IMG/VR virus record: IMGVR_UViG_3300007345_000010
DNA: 42,307 nucleotides
Strand: one strand, 5' to 3'
Source: a virus
Notes under the pieces: model-generated
Seen by the model: the letters and a program-made list of their open reading frames with translations, nothing else
Told to the model about the DNA's origin: nothing
Databases searched by the model: none
Shown: one piece after another, positions 39,593 to 42,307 of the stretch
Numbering within the stretch: position 1 is the first letter of the stretch
Layout of the letters: the number at the start of each line of letters is the position of its first letter
Position numbers and translations under genes: made by a program

Positions 39593-39941
39593 CTTTGCGC
39601 ACCACTAATGCTTTGCAATAGTTATTCCAAGGGCGATTATCTAAGCTTACTTCCTTCCATTTGACGCCCAAAAATTCCCACTCGCCCTTGAGGTTAATGG
39701 CGTTAAGGTCACCGCTATTGACGTAAACGCGCCGGGCCTCGGTTATGCGCTCGCCGCCTTGAGAAAGAAAATCAATCTCTTTATCACTGGCTGGCTGCGT
39801 GTTGATATCAAGCGAAACGGGCGCTCCCGGAGTTAGCGTCCAGCGTCCATTAACATAGCTGCCGCCGATAGGCGTTCGCGTAGCTGGAACCGATCGAAAG
39901 GCGTCGTCAATATGGCCGCCCATGTCGAGTGTTAAGCTCAC
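39582..39941 (-). CDS. Head-tail connector-block protein (119 aa)
   Basis: Coupled ORF in the connector block. Confidence 0.45.
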   Translation of the reverse strand: MSLTLDMGGHIDDAFRSVPATRTPIGGSYVNGRWTLTPGAPVSLDINTQPASDKEIDFLSQGGERITEARRVYVNSGDLNAINLKGEWEFLGVKWKEVSLDNRPWNNYCKALVVRKDDQ

Positions 39942-40423
39942 TGAATGCCCTCCGATATATCGCCGCCATCAGTTATGGCGTGGGTTACGCTTGAGCGTAG
40001 AGCGCCAGTGTCAATAAGTGGATTTGACGAGCCTTTGCGCTTGATGGTGCTATCTGCGTTAGGTGGCGTTTTCAGGTCGGTCATGTACTGACGCACCGCG
40101 CCAGACGCGACAACCCCGACAGCCTCAAGCACTTCATCGAGCGACTTCCCCGCCTCGACGCCATCAGCAATGGCGTCGATAATATCTTGCGAGCCTGCCG
40201 CGATACCGGGATCAAGCCAAGGCCGCCCCGGGATATGGCCGTCGTCAGTGCCGAAATTCAAGACAGCGCCCAAGGTGGCCATATTCAAGTCAGCACCTTC
40301 CACTTGGGGCGCGCCTTCGTGAATGCCTACCGTGACAACCTTGCCGCCCTTAAACTGGTCAAGCGCTTGGCTTATGTCGTCCATTACCTCTTGGAAATTG
40401 AGCGTTTTGAAGTCCATGCTCAC
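39938..40423 (-). CDS. HK97 gp10-like head-tail joining protein
   Basis: 161 aa with a pattern typical of the gp10 family (...VGIHEGAP...IPGRPWL...). Confidence 0.55.
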   Translation of the reverse strand: MSMDFKTLNFQEVMDDISQALDQFKGGKVVTVGIHEGAPQVEGADLNMATLGAVLNFGTDDGHIPGRPWLDPGIAAGSQDIIDAIADGVEAGKSLDEVLEAVGVVASGAVRQYMTDLKTPPNADSTIKRKGSSNPLIDTGALRSSVTHAITDGGDISEGIQ

Positions 40424-40842
40424 AGGGCTAGCGCTCCCATGCCGACACGACGACGCAAGCGAAGGAACTGCACGCCGTAGTTGGTCAGACTTAGCCAGTC
40501 CTCTTCCGTTTCCTGCATTGCGCCAACGCGATACGTTACCGATTCGTCGCCGACCGACTTAGCCGCTACGTTCAGTCGCGCAGACGGGCTAACATTGCTC
40601 GCCGTGCTCGCGTCTTGGGTCAAGTAGGTGGTGGCCAGCCAGTGCGCCCCGTAATAGAACAGGCCGCGCCGCTTGGTGTTGCGGCATTCATCTTCGAAAG
40701 CGCCCCAGCGGCTGGAACCCGTCTCAGCGTCAGCCTCGCATAGTGCTTGCTCTACAATCGTGTCAGGCCACTTAGTGACGTCAGAAAACGCCGCCATAGT
40801 GGTGCGAAAGGAGGCGATAACAGCAGGAGTAATGTCAACCAT
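40420..40842 (-). CDS. Head-tail adaptor (DUF4054-like)
   Basis: 140 aa. The call rests on position and pattern. Confidence 0.5.
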   Translation of the reverse strand: MVDITPAVIASFRTTMAAFSDVTKWPDTIVEQALCEADAETGSSRWGAFEDECRNTKRRGLFYYGAHWLATTYLTQDASTASNVSPSARLNVAAKSVGDESVTYRVGAMQETEEDWLSLTNYGVQFLRLRRRVGMGALAL

Positions 40843-41441
40843 TAGGCATAGTCCGTGTTTGGAACGTCTAGCTCGCCCTCGAAAAGCTCAAGGCGAGATG
40901 AAATAAACTGTGCTTGCGGGTCTAGCGTTTCGATCACTAACAGGTATTCGGTGTTAGGTTCGTCGAAAATCCGGTTTGACGCATAAGCCAGCGGGACAGA
41001 ACCTTTTGCCTGCTGACTTGTGGGGCCAAACGCATAGATAGGGGCAGCTATCTCCAGTCCTCTCGCTGTTACGTTTGCGCCGGTAAGAATCTGCACCTCT
41101 GGCTGAGTTAGGGCCATGCTTGTGCGCATATTCCAAAATGCCGCTAGAGTGCCGCCCGTATACGTCGGCCCTTTATAGATACGACCGACAACGCCTAGCC
41201 CATCAAAGCCTAAAATGCGCTGCTTTAGGTCAACCTGCTTGCTACCTGTCTTGAAGATCGTATAAAGAACGCCGGTTGCGCCCGTGAGCTGCACTCTAGT
41301 TGACGCCTCCCACTGCGCGCCGTTCTTTTTATTTATCTCGTCGTAAGGCTGGGTAACTATTGCGCGCAACCCGTTAAGGACGCGCAACAGCATGGCGTCT
41401 AGTGAGCGGTCGTTTTTCCAATCATTCGGCAGAAATGCCAT
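40842..41441 (-). CDS. Structural protein of unknown role (199 aa)
   Basis: Long ORF, second gene of the connector/tail operon. Confidence 0.5.
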   Translation of the reverse strand: MAFLPNDWKNDRSLDAMLLRVLNGLRAIVTQPYDEINKKNGAQWEASTRVQLTGATGVLYTIFKTGSKQVDLKQRILGFDGLGVVGRIYKGPTYTGGTLAAFWNMRTSMALTQPEVQILTGANVTARGLEIAAPIYAFGPTSQQAKGSVPLAYASNRIFDEPNTEYLLVIETLDPQAQFISSRLELFEGELDVPNTDYA

Positions 41442-41456
41442 GCTGTTGCTCCTAGC

Positions 41457-41762
41457 TTACTCAGCCTTATCCAGTTCTTCGCGCAGACGCTCAACGCCCC
41501 AGCGCTTATCCACTTTTACGCCAGCTTCCGCGCAAAGCTCGCGCAGCACTTCAAGCTCGCCGTCTTGATCGGCCTCTTCAACTTCCGGCGCAGACTCACG
41601 TACCAAGTCGCCGCAATGCAGTAGCGCCTTAACAAAATCGCGCTTGCATACTTCGTCTGGCACATCTACTGCGGGGTGATTACCGGGAAGGATTTGATAC
41701 GACTTGCCATCAGCGTTGATAGTGATCAGTCGTGCCGCCTTGTTCTTGAGAAACATTGTCAT
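41457..41762 (-). CDS. Small protein with a C-terminal Rho_N/HeH-like motif
   Basis: 101 aa. ELEVLRELCAEAGVKVDKRWGVERLREEL resembles helix-extension-helix motifs common in phage head-associated proteins. Confidence 0.5.
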   Translation of the reverse strand: MTMFLKNKAARLITINADGKSYQILPGNHPAVDVPDEVCKRDFVKALLHCGDLVRESAPEVEEADQDGELEVLRELCAEAGVKVDKRWGVERLREELDKAE

Positions 41763-41876
41763 TTGCCCTTTCTTGCCCGAATCAATAGAAGCCCTGACAC
41801 CGACGCACCGGGCATTGTGCTGTTGTCGGGCAGGGCAAAACCTATAGCCATTTTACCACGGGGCAAAAAAAAGTGC

Positions 41877-41904
41877 TTGCAATCCTGTTTTTCGGCGCTA
41901 TGCT
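41877..41904 (+). promoter_or_regulatory. Sigma70-type promoter P10: TTGCAA-N16-TATGCT
   Basis: -35 at 41877-41882 and -10 at 41899-41904, 30 nt upstream of the ATG at 41935. Confidence 0.6.
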
Positions 41905-41934
41905 TTGCGAAAACAAACCCAACGAGGTGGAAGC

Positions 41935-42222
41935 ATGAAAATCAAACTAGCAGCTATAGCGCTGGCATTACTACCAATGATGGCGACAGCGGAAGATGCA
42001 GACCGACAACTACGCGCAGACCAATACAAGGCGATCTGTGCGGCATTTGCGGCGCGCGAAATCAACAACACCGAACACGCCCCGGCGCGCGCACAGCTTT
42101 ATGCGGCGCTTGTCGATATGGGGCTAGAGGCTGGCAACGCAGCAACGCAAAGCGCCGCTGATTTGCTTTTCTTAATGAAGTATCGGGTCGAATGTTTGGC
42201 GCTGATTGCAGCCAAGCAATAA
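41935..42222 (+). CDS. Small secreted (signal-peptide) protein, 95 aa
   Basis: GAGGTGG RBS. Signal peptide MKIKLAAIALALLPMMATA-EDA followed by a helical mature part. It has its own promoter and terminator. Its 3' end is duplicated at 1-38. Confidence 0.7.
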   Translation: MKIKLAAIALALLPMMATAEDADRQLRADQYKAICAAFAAREINNTEHAPARAQLYAALVDMGLEAGNAATQSAADLLFLMKYRVECLALIAAKQ

Positions 42223-42307
42223 AACAAAACCCCGCCTAGGCGGGGTTTTATCTATAACACTACAGCTTACACGTGGTCGCGGTACGCTGCTGAGAACGGA
42301 TAGCGGA
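42185..42307. repeat. Terminal direct duplication, copy 2 (identical to 1-123)
   Basis: Identical string. It contains the duplicated terminator (42226-42249) and the last 41 nt of the capsid gene (42267-42307). Confidence 0.9.

Overview
The window is one complete tailed-phage genome with a contractile (myovirus-type) tail, assembled as a circle. Bases 1-123 recur exactly at 42185-42307, so the unit length is 42,184 bp. I support about 80 protein genes and saw no tRNA, rRNA or CRISPR array. No integrase, CI-type repressor, partition gene, protelomerase, DNA polymerase or reverse transcriptase is recognisable. Layout: (i) a minus-strand packaging and head operon runs 7140->83 (two membrane proteins, TerS, TerL, portal, MuF-like, scaffold, cement-like, major capsid). 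(ii) Across the circular junction, a minus-strand connector, tail, baseplate and fibre operon runs 41762->28235. It includes a canonical -1 frameshift in the tail chaperone and ends in a two-gene accessory pair. (iii) A minus-strand early/middle region runs 20725->7227 with about 40 mostly tiny, translationally coupled genes. At least 14 of them fall below the 60-aa ORF-track cut-off. This region is driven by a family of near-identical sigma70-type promoters (TTGACA-N16/17-TATAGT). (iv) A plus-strand replication and recombination operon runs 20849->26721 (Sak4-like ATPase, DUF669-type SSB with a DDDIPF tip, YqaJ exonuclease, SF2 helicase, VRR-NUC, HTH, MazG-like, lambda-type phosphatase). (v) The lysis genes are split: endolysin plus embedded spanins on the minus strand, and a holin-like gene transcribed divergently. 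Most notable observations: a ~310-bp imperfect palindrome of GTGTGC hexamers around a (TA) tract just downstream of the PrimPol-helicase gene (candidate origin); an insulated two-gene cassette encoding a strictly alternating (X-Gly)34 Tyr/Ser/Asp protein; and a coupled pair of a MazZ-like dNTP pyrophosphohydrolase and a zinc-ribbon metallophosphoesterase. All family names are recognition from sequence patterns by eye. No database search was run.
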